Shown here one piece after another: positions 1 to 20,600 of a stretch of DNA of 64,000 nucleotides. How positions within the stretch are numbered: position 1 is the stretch's first letter; every line of letters starts with the position of its first letter. The notes below the pieces were generated by a model. It ran no database searches. It worked only from the letters and a program-made list of their open reading frames with translations, and was not told where the DNA came from. Origin of the DNA: Monocercomonoides exilis PA203 (lineage: Eukaryota; Protista; Preaxostyla). The DNA lies in contig LSRY02000029.1 of the NCBI GenBank assembly GCA_001643675.2, positions 62,001-126,000 of the forward strand, written 5' to 3'. The position numbers were made by a program, and so were the translations under genes.

Positions 1-503
1 AGAAAAGAAAAGAAGGAGAAAGCAATAATAAAAAATTAAAACAAAAGTCAAAGAAAAAAGATTTTTTTAAAGAAACAAAATTTGTAAGAATTTCAATTAA
101 ATAAAGAATTAAATAAAAAAAAAAAGAGGCTTCAGAGACAAGAAAAGAACCTAAAAAAGAAAATACATTGATGATATTTATATTGAGAAAATGTTGATTC
201 ATTAAAAGCAAGCAAGAAAGAAAGAAAAAAGAAAGTTTATCAATAAAGAACAAATAAATGAAAGGTTAATAAATAAATATGTGTGAATTCAAGTAAAACC
301 GCAACAAAAACATTTAAAGAAATTAATAAGAAGTTCGAATTACCTTTATTTATTTTTTTAAAGAAGAATCACAAAAAATAAATGAATATTAATTTCGAAA
401 AAAAAGAAGAATGAAGAAGAAATAAATAATTGGCAATAAAGTGAAGATAAAGATAAAATAAAGATATTTGCACACATTTGAAAAAATAAATAAATAAACC
501 AAT

Positions 504-7053
<6,550 letters not shown>

Positions 7054-8947
7054 CGCATTCAAAAATTTTCTCAAATATTAATAGAATATTTTGGTTAAAG
7101 ATCGAAATGTTTCGAATACTCAAAATTTTTCGAAAAACAATTATTTTATAATCATTAAAAGGAACTTTAACATTTAAACATTTTCCAATAGCAGAGTGCT
7201 CAAATTCAAACTTATCAATCAGTTCTCCACAGGAAAAAAAAAGAAACCAAACTGTCAATAGGCTTGAAAGACATTTGGACAATTTTGGATTGATAAAAGA
7301 AGTGACATTTATTTTAAGCAGATTTATTGGGGGTAAAAAATTGAATGAGAACCATATCCTTTTTAAAGTGAGAAATTTGTTTTCAATCATTAACATAACC
7401 ATATTTTTATTTTCAAAGAAAAATAATGTGAAAGGCTTAATATTGCATCGCAATCAACAGCAAGAAGGCATTGAGCAAATTTTGCATTCTTGGATTTTTT
7501 TTGTTGGAATTGGAAATGGATACATGCTCTGTTTTGAATATAACGGACGAATCTCATTGAAATGAAATATAATAAAGAAGGAAGACTAGCTGAGTTGTGA
7601 ATCAACATGGAAAAAAAGGAAGGGAAAAAGATGTATATATTTTTTGCAAAGAAAAAGTTGGCTTGAGCTGAAGTTGCTCACTGAACGCAAATAAAGAAGA
7701 AGAAATTAAAACCAAATGAAATTGAATATATACCTTTTTCTTGGAATAAAACATGATTTTTGCTTTTTGAAGGGACAGTCTTTTTAAAGTTGAATGATAA
7801 ACAGCGTGTCAAGTTGGCTCTCATGATTGCATTGAAACGAAATTGATGGAGATTTACAACATCATTTTTGATTGTGTTTTTGAGAGAATTTCAAAACAAA
7901 GAAGAATTGCCTTGTTCATTTTTTCCATTACTCATTTTCAAGGCCCTGCCATTTAGGCAAACATGTTATTTTCTGTTTCATTTTGATCATTTCGGGATCA
8001 CAATAGAATTATGCAAAGTTGAAGTTGCAATGTTCTTTTGTGATTTCGCTGTATTCATCATCATTATCACTATCATTATTTCGAGAAATATTGAAAGAAA
8101 CAAGAGAAGCGCAATTACCGCTGATTTAAGTTTACAAAAAAATAGAATATCCCGTCCAGAAATGAACATTTCTGCTCTTTCTTCTTCTTCTTTTGGAGTG
8201 TAAAGAAACATATTGTTCACATCTTTCGAAGAAGAATTTCAAAAAATTGTATACTAAGATGGTTTATATAGAATTATATTTTCTCAAAGCGTTTTTCTTT
8301 TTTCTTCTTCTTTTCTTTTCTTTCTTTCTTTCTTTCTTTTTATTTTTTTGAAAAAATAAAAAGAGAGAAAGAAAGAAGAAAGAAAATAAAACAAATGCAG
8401 TTGAAAGACAATAACTGGCAATTAACTGATGGGAAAAAAGATTGAGATGAAAAATAAATTCAATACTTTAAAAAAAAACTGGATGCAAATAAACAAAGGA
8501 ATTGAGGAACAATAGATATTATTTTTTATGCAATAAAAATTTAAAGAAAAAGATTTAATGTTTAAAGAGAGAGAGAGAGGAAGGAAGAAAGGAAGATTCT
8601 TTGAGTGAAGTCATAAACATTGAAATCAAAAATAAAGATTTTGTTGCCATGAAGATTGATTAGACGATAAATTCATAAATACCTCAACAAACGTTCTATT
8701 TTATGTGCAAAGAGAGACAAATAATAATTTCTTTCAAATTTCAAGCAGACGGCAAAGTTCAATGAAAAGCAATTTAAAAATGAAAGAAAGACCAAAGCCT
8801 CCAAAAATAGTGTGATTAATAATCATTATGCCTTTTCTTTATTTTTTTCACAAAAAATAATTTATTTAAATTTGTCTGATAATCCAAAATATATGGTATT
8901 GCATCGCTTTTTTTCTCTCTCTTCTCTTTCTCCTTTTCCTTCTCCTA

Positions 8948-8999
8948 TCTCTTTCTCTTTCTCTTTCTCTTTCTCTTTCTCTTTCTCTTTCTCTTTCTC
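8948..8999. repeat. (TTTCTC)~8 hexamer microsatellite just downstream of the giant ORF stop codon
   Basis: Directly visible tandem ctttctctttctctttct... Confidence 0.85.
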
Positions 9000-9007
9000 C
9001 TATCTCT

Positions 9008-12000
9008 TCAACCATTCTGTCTTTCAGTCAGAATAAACTCCTCTTCATAGTTCTCTTCAGTGTTGCTTTGCATCCTCAGCGAAGAAAGACTCAATCGAGG
9101 AATTGCATTGTTCTCCGGTGCTGTTAAGATACTCGGCATTTTGCTTCCTTCTTTGCTTCTCAATTCCTCATCTCCTTCTCCTTCTCCTTCTCCCCCTTTG
9201 CCCTCTTCTCCTTCTTCTCCTCCTTTCTCTTCGCTTTTTCCTTCCGTTTTCTCCTTCCCTTTCCCTTTCCTCTTCTTTCTTCTTTTGGCTTCCTCTCTCT
9301 TTTTGATCTTCTTCATCATCGCCCAAGCTTTCATAGCCTTCACAATCGCCCTCAATTCAACTGCATCATCTGTGTCGTCTTCTGGATCGGAATCACTTGC
9401 TTCTTCACTATTCTCCCCTTCTTCCTCTTCTCCTTCTTCTCCTTCTTCTCCTTCTCCTTCTCCTTCTTTTCCCTCTTTTCCTTTTTCTTCTTCACTCACT
9501 TCATCCTCTTCTCCATTCCCATCTTTTTCTGAACTTCTTCTTTTTCTTCTTCCTCTTCTTCTTTCCGCTTTTGCCTCTTTCCTCCTCGCTTTTCGTCTTT
9601 CTTCCCTCAAAAGCAGCTCTTCTTCGTGAAACAGGTCAATCACTTCATCTGGCACACTTGCTCCGTCATCCAACACCCCATCATCGCTCACCTCCTCTTC
9701 TCCTTCCCCGTCTTCTTCTTCCTCTTCCTCTTCATTTGCATCTTCTTCTTCTTCTTCTTCTTCTCCATTTATCGCCATTTTCTGAATAATCCTGCCAAAA
9801 ATATCGCTTCTTTTCAAGCCATCATCATTTCCTTCAGCATCACTTTCATTCTCGCCATAGTCTTCATCATATTCTCCTTCTTCTTCATTATCCACGTTAT
9901 ATCCTTCTTCTTCTTCATTCTCTTCTTCTTCTTCTTCTTCTTCTTCATCCTCCAAGCCTTGCTCCTTTCTCAGCTGCCTCTTCGCCTGCCGCACTGCCTC
10001 CTGCATTCTCGGCCCATTCATCAAATACTGCAGCACTTCAATGTCATATGGAGACTCACCATCAGAATCAATGTTCTGTGTGAAGATTTCATCTTCACCT
10101 TCATCATCATCTTCTTCTTCTTCCTCATCCTCTTCTTCCTCTTCTTCTTCAATGCAGATTCGTCTTTCAATTCTCCTCCTTCTTTCTTCTCTTCTCTGTT
10201 CTCGTCTCAATGCCTTCAAACTCTCTCTTTCCTTCTCTTCCTCCGCAATCGCATTCAAAAACTCTTCAAGCGCATGCTGTTTTCGGATGTCTCTTTGTAT
10301 CTGCCGCTCAACTTCTTTCTCTCTCCTCTTTGCTTCTCTTTGCTCCTCATCGTATTCTTCATCGTCTCCTTCTTTTCCTTCTTTTCCTTCTTTCTCCCCT
10401 TCGCCTGCTTCTTTCGCCTCTTCTTCCTCTTCTTCCTCTGCCTCCATCTTCTCTTCCATCTCCTCAATCTCCTTTTCGATTTCGCTCCATCTTTTCACAT
10501 AAAAATCTTCTTTTCTTCTTCGAATCGTTTCCTTCCTCCTTTTCCTCCTCAGCTTCTTCAGCTGCCTTTCTTCGCGTGCCGAAGGAGATAAGCTTCTCAA
10601 TTTGATGATTTCTTTTTCTTTTGCTTTGAGACTGTTCACAATCTCCAACTGCTTCAACACCTGTGCTTCGTTGAATATTTGTGTTGGATCAGCTAATTCT
10701 CTATTCCATTCGTTTTCATGCAAAATACCTTCAAATTCTTCTATTCTTCCTCTTCCTTCTCCTCTTCCTTCCTCTCTTCCTCCTCCTCCTTCTCCTCCTC
10801 CTCCTCCTTCTCCTTCTCCTTCTCCTTCTCCTCCTTCTCCTCCTTCTTGAATGCGCTCATGGGAGATGGGCGTGGTTGTGGGTGTAACAGGAAGTGGTGT
10901 AGTCTCAAAGGAAGAGCTTTGCTCCTCAAATCCTGATGAAAACGGAGTGTATGACGAAGATACTGGCAGAAGCATTTCGATGGTTGTTGCTTCTGAGGAA
11001 GAAGATGATGATGAAAAAGGTGGAAGAAGCATATCATTTCCATTTCCTCCTTTATCGTTCTCTTCTTCTTCCTCCTCCTCCTCATTTTCTTCTCCATTTT
11101 CTTCCTTCAACATTGTCCAGCGTTCCAATTTGGGTGGAGTTGAACGAGGTCGAAGCGGAATAAGCTGATGTGGCTTCAGAGAATAAGAAAGCTCCACAAT
11201 GCGATTGTCCACAGGAAGCAGAAGAGCAGATGCCAGCAATGATGGATAGTTTTGTGTATTTACATTGCGAGTGATTGTGAATTGCGGAATTGCTTTATTG
11301 CTGATGTTACTGTTAATGTTAATGTTTCTGTTGTCTGTTGTTATGTTTGTTGTAATGTTTGGAGAATTCTCCTGTTTGAATGGCAGATTGTTTGAGTTTG
11401 CATTTCTCATCTGCATCTGCATCTCCGTCTCCATCTGCTGCTGTTGAAGTTGATGTGATTGTTGTGATTGTAATTGTGATTGCATTTGTGATTGAAATTG
11501 TGCCTGTGCTTTTTGTTTTGTCTGTGAATTCACTCCATTTGCCTGGCGTGCTCTCCAAACTGACGATGCATTCCACACAATTCCACACGCACACACTTCT
11601 TCTTCGGGCGCTAAACAAAGCAGAAGATTCGGATTTATTGTTGAAAAGTCAATATCTTCTTCTTCTTCTTCTTCTTCTTCTTCTTCTTCTTTTGCTTTGA
11701 CTTTAACTTTTGTTTTTTCTTCATTAATGAGTTTATTTCCATTTTTCTTCTCCTTCTCCTTCTCCTTCTTCTCTTTCTTCTTCTTCTTCTGTCTTGCCAT
11801 TGCACAATCAGTATCTCTTTGCTCCACTCCCCATCTGCTCCTCTTCCACACCACATGTTTCTGATGCGGTAGAACAAGATTTCCATAATCTCCTCTCTTT
11901 TTCAACGCAACCAGAAGCGAATGAAGAGTGTGAGGAGGATATGAATGGGAAGAAGAAGAAGAGGAGGAGGAGGAGGAAGAAGAAGAAGAAGAAGAATTGG

Positions 12001-15000
12001 AAGAAGAAGAAGCAAAAGAGTTTTCATCAGAAAAGCCTTCAAATGTGATTCTTTTGATGTGGTGTCTGTTATTTTCTCGTTTTTCTATCGCTTGAATTGT
12101 GTCGTCTTCTCCATCACTTGACTCATCATCTTGTTCCATTTGTTCCTCATCATCATCTTCTTCTTCTTCTTCAGGTTCTTTTTCTTCTTTCTCTCCTTCA
12201 TTTTCTCTTTCCTCTTCTCCTTCATTTACTTGATTTTCTTGATTTTCCTCATCGTAATCTTCAATTTCTTCATTTCTGCCATCCATTTCCTCTTCCTCAA
12301 AGTTTGTTGAATATCTTCTTTCGTCTTCTTCCTCTTTCTCTTCTTCTTCCTCTTTTCCTTCCTCTTCTTCCTCTTCTTCTTCCTCCAAATACAAAGGAAC
12401 AGGGACATTTCCTTCATCTTCACCACTTTCTCCATCCAATTTCAATCCAATTTTTTCATTCAATTTGTGAGAAGAAGAATGAGGAGAAGAAAGATGAGAA
12501 GAAGAAGAAAAAGAATTTAAATTAGAATTAGAAAATGAATTTGAAATAGAATCAGAATAAGAAATTGAACCAGAAAGAGAAGGAGACACAACAATTCGTT
12601 GATGGCCAGGCAAATTGCTTGCCTCAACAATCGTTTCCTGCTCTTTTGTGAGCGCAAAACTGACTTTGCTGCTTTTTCCTTTGGATGAAATCGAATTATC
12701 TGTTGTTTTTTCTTCACATTTTGTTTTGTTTTCTGTTGAAATTTTGGAATTTATTTTTTGTGAGTTTTGATTTTCAACAGGAATTTCATTGTTTTGATCA
12801 GAAATATCAGCAGAATTTGAAATAGAATTTGAAATTGTTATTTTTTCTGTTAGATTTTCATTGCTTTTGTTTTCATTTCCTTCTTCCCATTCATTACTGT
12901 CGCTATTCACAAAATACTCCTCCTCATCATCATAATAATAATTATCTTCTTCTTCTCTTTCTTCTCTTCCTTCTTCTCTTTCTCCTCTTTCTCCTCTTTC
13001 TCCTCTTTCTTCTTCTTCTTCTTCAGCTGCAAAGCCAAAATTCAAAACATCTTTCTCTTTTCCTTCTTTGGATGAGCTTAAATTTGTGTGTTTTTGTGGA
13101 TGTGAAGAAGAATGTGAGACAGATTCGACAGGTGTTTCCATAATAACAACATCTTCTTCTTCTCTTTCTCTTTCTCCTCTTTCTCTTTCTTCTTCTCCTC
13201 CTTCTTCTTCTCTTCCTTTTGCACAAACTCGTCTTCCTCCTCCCAAATAGCTTTTTCTTTGGAATAGCAAATCTTCGTCTTCCTCATCAATATCTTCTTC
13301 TTCTTCTTCTTCTTCTTCTTTTCCTTCTTTTCCTTCTTCTTCTTTTTCTCCAAAACCGTCTTCTCTTCTCATTTCTTCCTGTAGTGCTTCAAATTCTGCT
13401 TTCTTTTGCAAAACTTCTTCATTTATGTTCTCTTTCTCTCTTTCTCTTCCTTCTCCTTCTCTCTTCCTTCTCCTTCTCCTCCTTCTTTCCTCTTTCTCTT
13501 CCTCCTCCTTCTCTATTTGCCTGTTTGTTCTCCACCATTTCCTTCCGCTGCCCCACAATTTTCCGATTTCTGCTGGCAACTCCGGAATAATTCCCCTTTT
13601 GCCCCATCTTCGCCGGCTCTGCACCAAAAGAATGGGAATGCCGCTCCAGGAAATACTCCGAGAAAGAGGCGGAGGACGGAATTTTGGGGAGGTTTGAGAG
13701 GAGGAAGAAGAGGAAGAGGAAGAAGAAAAAGAAGAAGAAGAATTTAATGATGAAGAAGGAGAGGAAGAAGATGAAAAAACTTGCAAATTTTCATTTTCTT
13801 TGTTTATTTTGTTGTTTTTATTGAGATTATCTTCAAAGCCAAATAAAAGTGGCTGAGTATGAGGACAGATTGGGTTGATGAACATCGAATCGTCAAATGA
13901 AAATGCTAATTTTGAGGCAATTTGTCCGTTTTCTGTGTTTATTTCAGTCAAAATTGGAGTTTCTATGTCATTCTCTATGTTGTTCTCTAGTTCTTCTTCT
14001 TTTCCTCCTTTTTTCCCTTCTTTTCCCCTTTCTTCTTCTTCTTCTTCTTCTTTTGGTTCTGTTATAATCCCATCTATTTCTATCATTTTGTTGATATCTT
14101 CAATTTTTCCATCCAAATTTAGTTTTTCATTTGAAATATCTTCTTTCTTCATGTTTTCTTTTTCATCTTTTCCTTCTTCTTTTTTTTCTTCTTCTTCTTC
14201 TTCTTCTTCTTCTTCTCTATTTTCTCTATTTTCTTCTTTCTTTTCTTTCTTTTCATTCTTTTCCTTCATCTTTTCTTCATCTTTCATCTTTTCTTCTTTA
14301 ATTTCATTGAAATCTCGTTTTTCATTCTCAAAATCTGGTTTTTTTGAAGACAAAGTTCTATTTTTGTTTGAAGAATCAACTGAAACGGAAGAAGAAGAAG
14401 AATTTGAAGAAGAATTCGACATATTTTGAGAATAATTTGAGCTTTTATTACTTCTTTCTTTGGTTATATTGTTGGAAGAAGAAGAGGAGGAGGAAGAAGA
14501 AGAGGAGGAGGAGGAGGAGGAGGAAGAGGAAGAAGAGGAAGAAAGAGAAGAAGAAAGAGGAAGTTTAGATTTTTGTGGTGTAAAAAGAAGAGAAGAAGAA
14601 TTTTTAATCTCTTTCTCCCCAACCCCTGTCAAACTTGCAATTTTCTGATGTTTTATTTTTTCTTCTTCGATTTGCTTGTTTGTTCTCAATTCCGGATGAA
14701 GAATCGGATGGAAAATGGGTTCCGGTATCGGAGATAAGTCTTCGGAAATTCCGCTTTTTCCGTTTTTCTCATTTTTGACATGTTTGTCATTTTTGGCATT
14801 TTTGGCATTCATGTCATTTTCGTTAATTTTATCGTTTTTGTCGTTTTTATTGCTTTTTTCTCTTTCTTTCAAAAAAGTTGTGGAATTCATTGAATTTCCT
14901 TTCTTTTCTTCTCTTTCTGTTTCAACAGAATAATTTTTCAATAAACTCGTTTTTGTGCTTTCTTTCTCTTTTCTCTGTGAAACTTCCATTCGATTGATTT

Positions 15001-17608
15001 CATTCAATTTCTGCTGATTTATCGATTTTTGTGTATTTTGCATTTGTTTCGCTTTGCTTTGATTAATCTGACTGATTTCATTGGTTTGATTATTCTTGTT
15101 GTTTATTCCATTTTTCATTGAATTTTGCATTTTCCTTTTTTCTTCATTGTTTCTATCAGAATTCAACACATTCTTCTTATTCTTCTTTTGTTGTTGCTCC
15201 ATTTTCTCCTTCTCATTTTCTCCATAACTTCCTCTTCTGAAAATGTGGGTTCGATGTTTCAATGTTCCTAATCTGGCTCCTCTGTGCGTGGCGGGGCGGG
15301 GATTTATTGCTCTTTTCCGGACAATCGAAGAAGAACGAGAAGAAATTTTGGGAATTTTTGTTTGATTTTGAGTTTTTGAGTTTAAAATTGAAGATTGATT
15401 GGTTTTATTTGTTTGCATTGGTTTTTGTGCTTGGTTTGTTTGTCGTTTTGTTTGTTTGTTATTTATTTGATCATTTTGATTTGAGGAAGAAGAAGAACGA
15501 GAATGAGAAGAAGAAGAAGAAATTTTATAAGAAGGCATATGAGGAATATTAGCAAAATGAGAAGGGGTTTTAGAACGATGATGAGACGGAGTAGGTCTGC
15601 CGGAAAGATGTCTTTTGGAAGAAGAAGAAGAAGAAGAAGAAGGAAGAGAAGGAGGAATTTTGTGTTTTGATTGAGAAAGATGAAGAGAAGAAGAGGAAGA
15701 GGAGGAGAAAGAAGAAGAAGAAGGAAATGAAGAAGAAGTTTTGGAAGAAGAAGAAGATTGTGTTAAATGAATTGGAGGAATAAAAGGTTTTTCGTGTGAT
15801 GTTGGTTTATTCTGTTGTTGTTGTTGTTGTTTTGGTTCAATTTCTAATTTTTCTTCTTTTTCTCTTCTTTTTCCTTCTCCTTCTCCTTCTTTTCCTTTTC
15901 TTTCTTCTTTTCCTCCTTCTCTTCTTCTTCCTTCTTCTTCTTCTTCTTCTTCTTCATTATCATCATTATAATCATCATCATAAATTTCATCATCTTCAAA
16001 TTCATCCAAATAAAAATCGCTATCAAAAAATTCATCTTCATCATCTTCTTCTTCTATTTCAAATCTATCTCTTTTTTGTTCACTTTTGCTTCTTCCTCTT
16101 TCTCTTCTTATTTCTTCTCTTTCTCCTTCTCTTCTTTCTCCTTCTCTTCTTATTCTTTTCATCTTTTCTATTTCTTTTTCTCTTTCTCTTTCTCTTCCAA
16201 AATTAGGTGCAAAATAACTTGAAGCTGAAATTTGCCTCTTTTTCATTGAAATTCTGTTTATTTCTTTGTTTTCTTTATTTCTTCTCTTTTCTTCTTCTTC
16301 TTCTTCTTCTTCAAATTCATTTAATTCTTCTTCTCCTTCTCCTTCTTCTCCTTCTTCTTCTTTTCCTCTCCTTTTTCTTTCTGTTAATTTTTCTTCTAAA
16401 TTTTGTTCATTTAAAGAAGAATTTTTCGATATTTGTCGTTTTTGAATGAAATTTTGAGAAGAAAGATTTGAAGAAGAAGAAGAATAAAGAGAAGAAGAAG
16501 AAGAAGAAGAAAGAGGAAGAGGAGGAGGAAGATGAATAAGATGATGATGATGGCGAGAAGGAGAAGAAGAAGAAGAAGAAAATTGAGGAATAATAAATTC
16601 TTCTTCTGAAGTCGTTGACATTTTTCTTTTCTTTCTCAACTTTTGAATGTTTTCTTCATTTAATGATTGCTTTTTGTTTATTTCTCCATTTTTCTTCTTC
16701 TCTTTCTCTTTTTCTTCTTCTCCTTCTTCTTCTCTTCTCCTTCTTCTTCTTCGTCTTTGGACAATCTCTATTTTCCTTCTTCTTCCACTTATATTTCCTT
16801 TTCCTTTTCCTCTTTCTCTTTCTCTTTCTCTTCCTCCTCCTCCTCCTCTTCCTTCCTTCTTCAATGGCGTATAAATCAACGTCAAATAGCTTATCATCCT
16901 TCTTCTTTCTTGTTTCGCTTTTATTTCTCTTTCTGTCATCATATTTTTCACTGAAAACCGTTCATTTTGTTTGAAAATCGCTTTTTTTGGTTTTTCTTCT
17001 CTTCTTTCTTCTTTTCTTTCTCTTTCTCTTTCTTCTTCTCTTCCATCCATTTCTTCTTTGAAATATCTTTTTGTCTGATTTGAAGGAGGACGATGAAGAG
17101 GAGGAGGAGGAAAAGAAGGAGAAGGAGAAAGAGAAGAAGAAGATTTTGATGATGAAATGGAAGAAGAAGAAGAAGAAGAAGGAAAAGAAGAAGAACGAGA
17201 AGAATAAGAAGGAGGAGGAGGATGAAGAAATGAAGAAGAAGAAGAAGAAATCTGATTTTCTATTTGATTGTTTCGTTTAGCAGGTCTGGGACGGGAAGGA
17301 GGGCGAGAAGAAGTAAGAGGAAGAGGAAGAGAAGAAGAAGAAGAAGAATGAGAAGAAGGAAAAGAAGGAGGAGGAGGATGAAGATTAGAAGAGGAGGAGG
17401 AGGAGGAAGAAGAAGAAGAAGAACGAAAAGAACGAGAAGAATAAGGAGGAATAGGAAGAGGAAGAGGAAGATGATGATTACGGTGAGAGGGAGAAGAAGA
17501 AGAAGAAGAAGAAGGAAAAACATTCGAAGTTGAATTTTTGCTGTTTTTTAGCTGAAAGTTAGTTGTGCTTCTATTTGTATACAAAATATCATATTCTTTC
17601 CCTCTTTC

Positions 17609-17639
<31 letters not shown>

Positions 17640-20600
17640 ATTTCATTTCTTCTTCTGCTTATACTTCTGCTTATACTTCTTCTTCCTCCTTCTCCTCCTC
17701 TTTCTCTTCCTTCTCCTCTTCCTCCTCTTCTTCTTCCTCTTCCACTTTGACTCAAACTTAAACTTCTATTTTGATTTTTCTCTCTTCTTGTCAAATTTCT
17801 CGTTGTTTGATAGCTTTCCACACTCAAAAATCGTTTGTTGTTTATTCCTCTTCCTTTGCTTCTTCCCCTTCCTTCTCTTCTTTCTCTTTCTCTTTCTTTT
17901 TCTTTTTCTTTATTTCTTTCTTTTTCTTTTTCTTTTCCTCTTCTTCTTCCTATTTCATCATAAATATCTTCTTCTTCATATTCCTCTTCTTCTCTTCTTT
18001 CTCTTCTTCCTTCTCTTTCTCTTTCTCCTCTTTCTCCTCTTTCTCTTCCTTCTCTTCTTCTCTCTAATAGACATCTATCTGTTGATAATGGCCTCTTCAA
18101 ATGATTAAATTCGTATTTTCTTTCTTTTTCTTCGTTTTTTCCTTCTTTTTCATTAGAAATTGGTGGAAAAGAACGAAAAGAAGGAGGAGGAAGAGGAAGT
18201 GGAGGAGGAAAAGAAGAAGAAGAAGATGTAGAAGATGTAGTAGCTGTTATGCTTAAAAGGTTGTCAGATGACCGAGAAATAGGAAAGGTTTCTATTGAAG
18301 TGAAATCTCTTATCAATTGATGCTCTTCTGAGAGAGGAAGAGAAGAAGAAGAAGAAGAAGAAGGAAATGAAGAAGAAGAGGGAAATGAAGAAGAAGAGGG
18401 AAATGAAGAAGAAGAGGGAAATGAAGAAGAAGAGGGAAATGAAGAAGAAGAGGGAAATGAAGAAGAGGAAGAACAAGGAAATGAAGAGGAAGAGGATGAA
18501 GAAGAGGACGAAGAAGAGGAAGAAGATGAGGAAGAAGAGGAGGATGAAGAGGAGGAAGAAGAAGAGGAAGAAGAAGAAGTTAAAGAAGGATTTGAAGAAG
18601 AAAAATTAGAATTTTTCCTTCCTTCTTTCTTTTCTGACTGAAAATCAGGTTTATTTGAAGGAGAAAATTTTTCTATTGCCTCAAAAATTGTGTTTGACGT
18701 GTTTGGAAGTGAAATGGTTCCTAAAATGGAAGCGTAGAACTCAGAAGATGAAGTGATGGAAGGGAAATGGCGAATGAGAAGATGAGGTGGAGGAGAAGAA
18801 GAAGATGAAGAAGAAGGTAAAGTTGAAGTGATGTTATGTGATGTGTTTGGAGAAGAATGAAGTGAATGTGAAGAAGAAGAAGAAGAAGAAGTGGAAGGAG
18901 AAAAAGGAAAAGAAGAAGAAGGAGAAGACAAAGAGGAAGTTGATGTTGAAGTTGTTAATGTGTTATGTTTCTGAGAGTTTACATCAGGCGAAATAGAAAC
19001 ATCCAAAGAAAGCGAGCGAAACGGATCAAACCGAAAGAGCGAAAGAAAACGTGTTTGTTGAGAAAGAACAGAAAACACACGAGAAGAAGAAGGAAGGAAT
19101 AAATAAGAGGAAATATAATTTTTCTTTTCTGCCGGAAAAGTCTGTCGGGCGGACAGGGGAGTATCAGAATAAATATTTTTGTGGGAGTGCGAAGATTGAA
19201 GAGAAGAAGAAGGATATTTTGTGGAGCTGCGTAAGTTGACTGTTTGTTTGAGGAGGACGTATTGCTGGAAAAGGGCTTGTAGTGAAGAAATGTTGGGAAA
19301 AGAAGAAGGGGAAGGGGAAGAAGAAGAAGAAGAAGAAGAAGGGGAAGAAAGGGAAGAAGAAGAAGAATTTGATGATAAGAACGAATTCACAGAAGGATTA
19401 ACGTTTGGTTGAGTCGAATTTTCAGAGTATTTTGAATGAATTTCTGGAAGGTGTTTGTATCTGTCGGCTTCTTCTCTTTCATCATTATCATCTTCTTCAT
19501 CCTGAACTTCTTCCTCTTCCTTTTTTATTTTTCCTTTTCTCCTCTTATTCTCTTCTTCCTCTTTCTCTTCTCCAACTTCTTCCTTCCTTTCATTTTTCTC
19601 TTTCTCTTTCCCTTTCTCCTCTTCTCTCTTTCTCTTTTTTGTTTCTTTCAATTGGTTCAGCTCGATTTGCTGTTTCAATGTTGTAATTTCCACAAAATAC
19701 GCCAAAGAAATCTGAAGTTGCGAATTCAGCAGAATCGGATCAACGTCACAGCTTCTGCAAAAAGAACCTGAAAAACAAGAAGAGGAAGAGGAAGAGGAAA
19801 AAGAGGAGGAAGAAGAGGGGAGAGAAGAAGAATTTGCACAGTTTCTATGTCCTCCATCATCATCTCCTTCCAATTCTCTTCTTTCATCTTTTCTTTTCTT
19901 TTCTTTCTTCGCTTCGTTGTGTTCTCCTCCTTTTTCCCTTTCTCCTTCTTCTTCCACATCTTTCCCATCTCCACTCATACTCCTTCCATTTTTCCCTCTC
20001 TCCTTCTCTTTTGCCATCTCTTCCACCCAATCGTCTCTTCTTCCTCTCCTCTTCTCCACCCACCCGATGTGCCTCTGAATCGCACTCACTGCTTTCCCCG
20101 CCGCCTCACACGCAAGCCCCACCTCCCCTTCCTCCACAAACAGCACTGACACATTGTGCAGCAGCACCTCCGCCCAGCAAACTGCCCCAAAAACTGCCCC
20201 CCCTCTATTGGAATCCCCTCTCCCACATTCCCATTTTTTTGGGTTTGTTTGCGTGTTGAGCGGATTTTCGGGTTGCTCAGACGGAACACTCGGTGGAAAG
20301 AGATTGTTTGTCCAGCTCGCAAAACACAGACATCGGTTGTCATCATCCTCATCATCTTCTTCTTTTTCTTTTTCTTCTCCTTCTTCTTCTTCTTTTTCTG
20401 CCTCTTCTGTCTCTGGAATGCAAATGTCTCCTTTTCTCAGTGCCCCCGACCGCTTGCCTGTCTTCCCCACCGCTTCGTCTCGTCCTCTGCCTCTTGCCCC
20501 ACCTTCCTTGCCATTCACAGCATGCTCCAGGAACTCGGCACACTTCAAAAGGCACAGACACGCCGAAGTGCGCCTCCCTTGCTCTCGTTCCGCAAACGAC

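Noticed and set aside
7100-8260. Possible small multi-exon gene or relic on the minus strand (intron-like GTATAT..TTCAG at ~7733-7681; ORF 7987..8220)
   Set aside because: I could not assemble a stop-free model or recognise any motif; needs RNA-seq.
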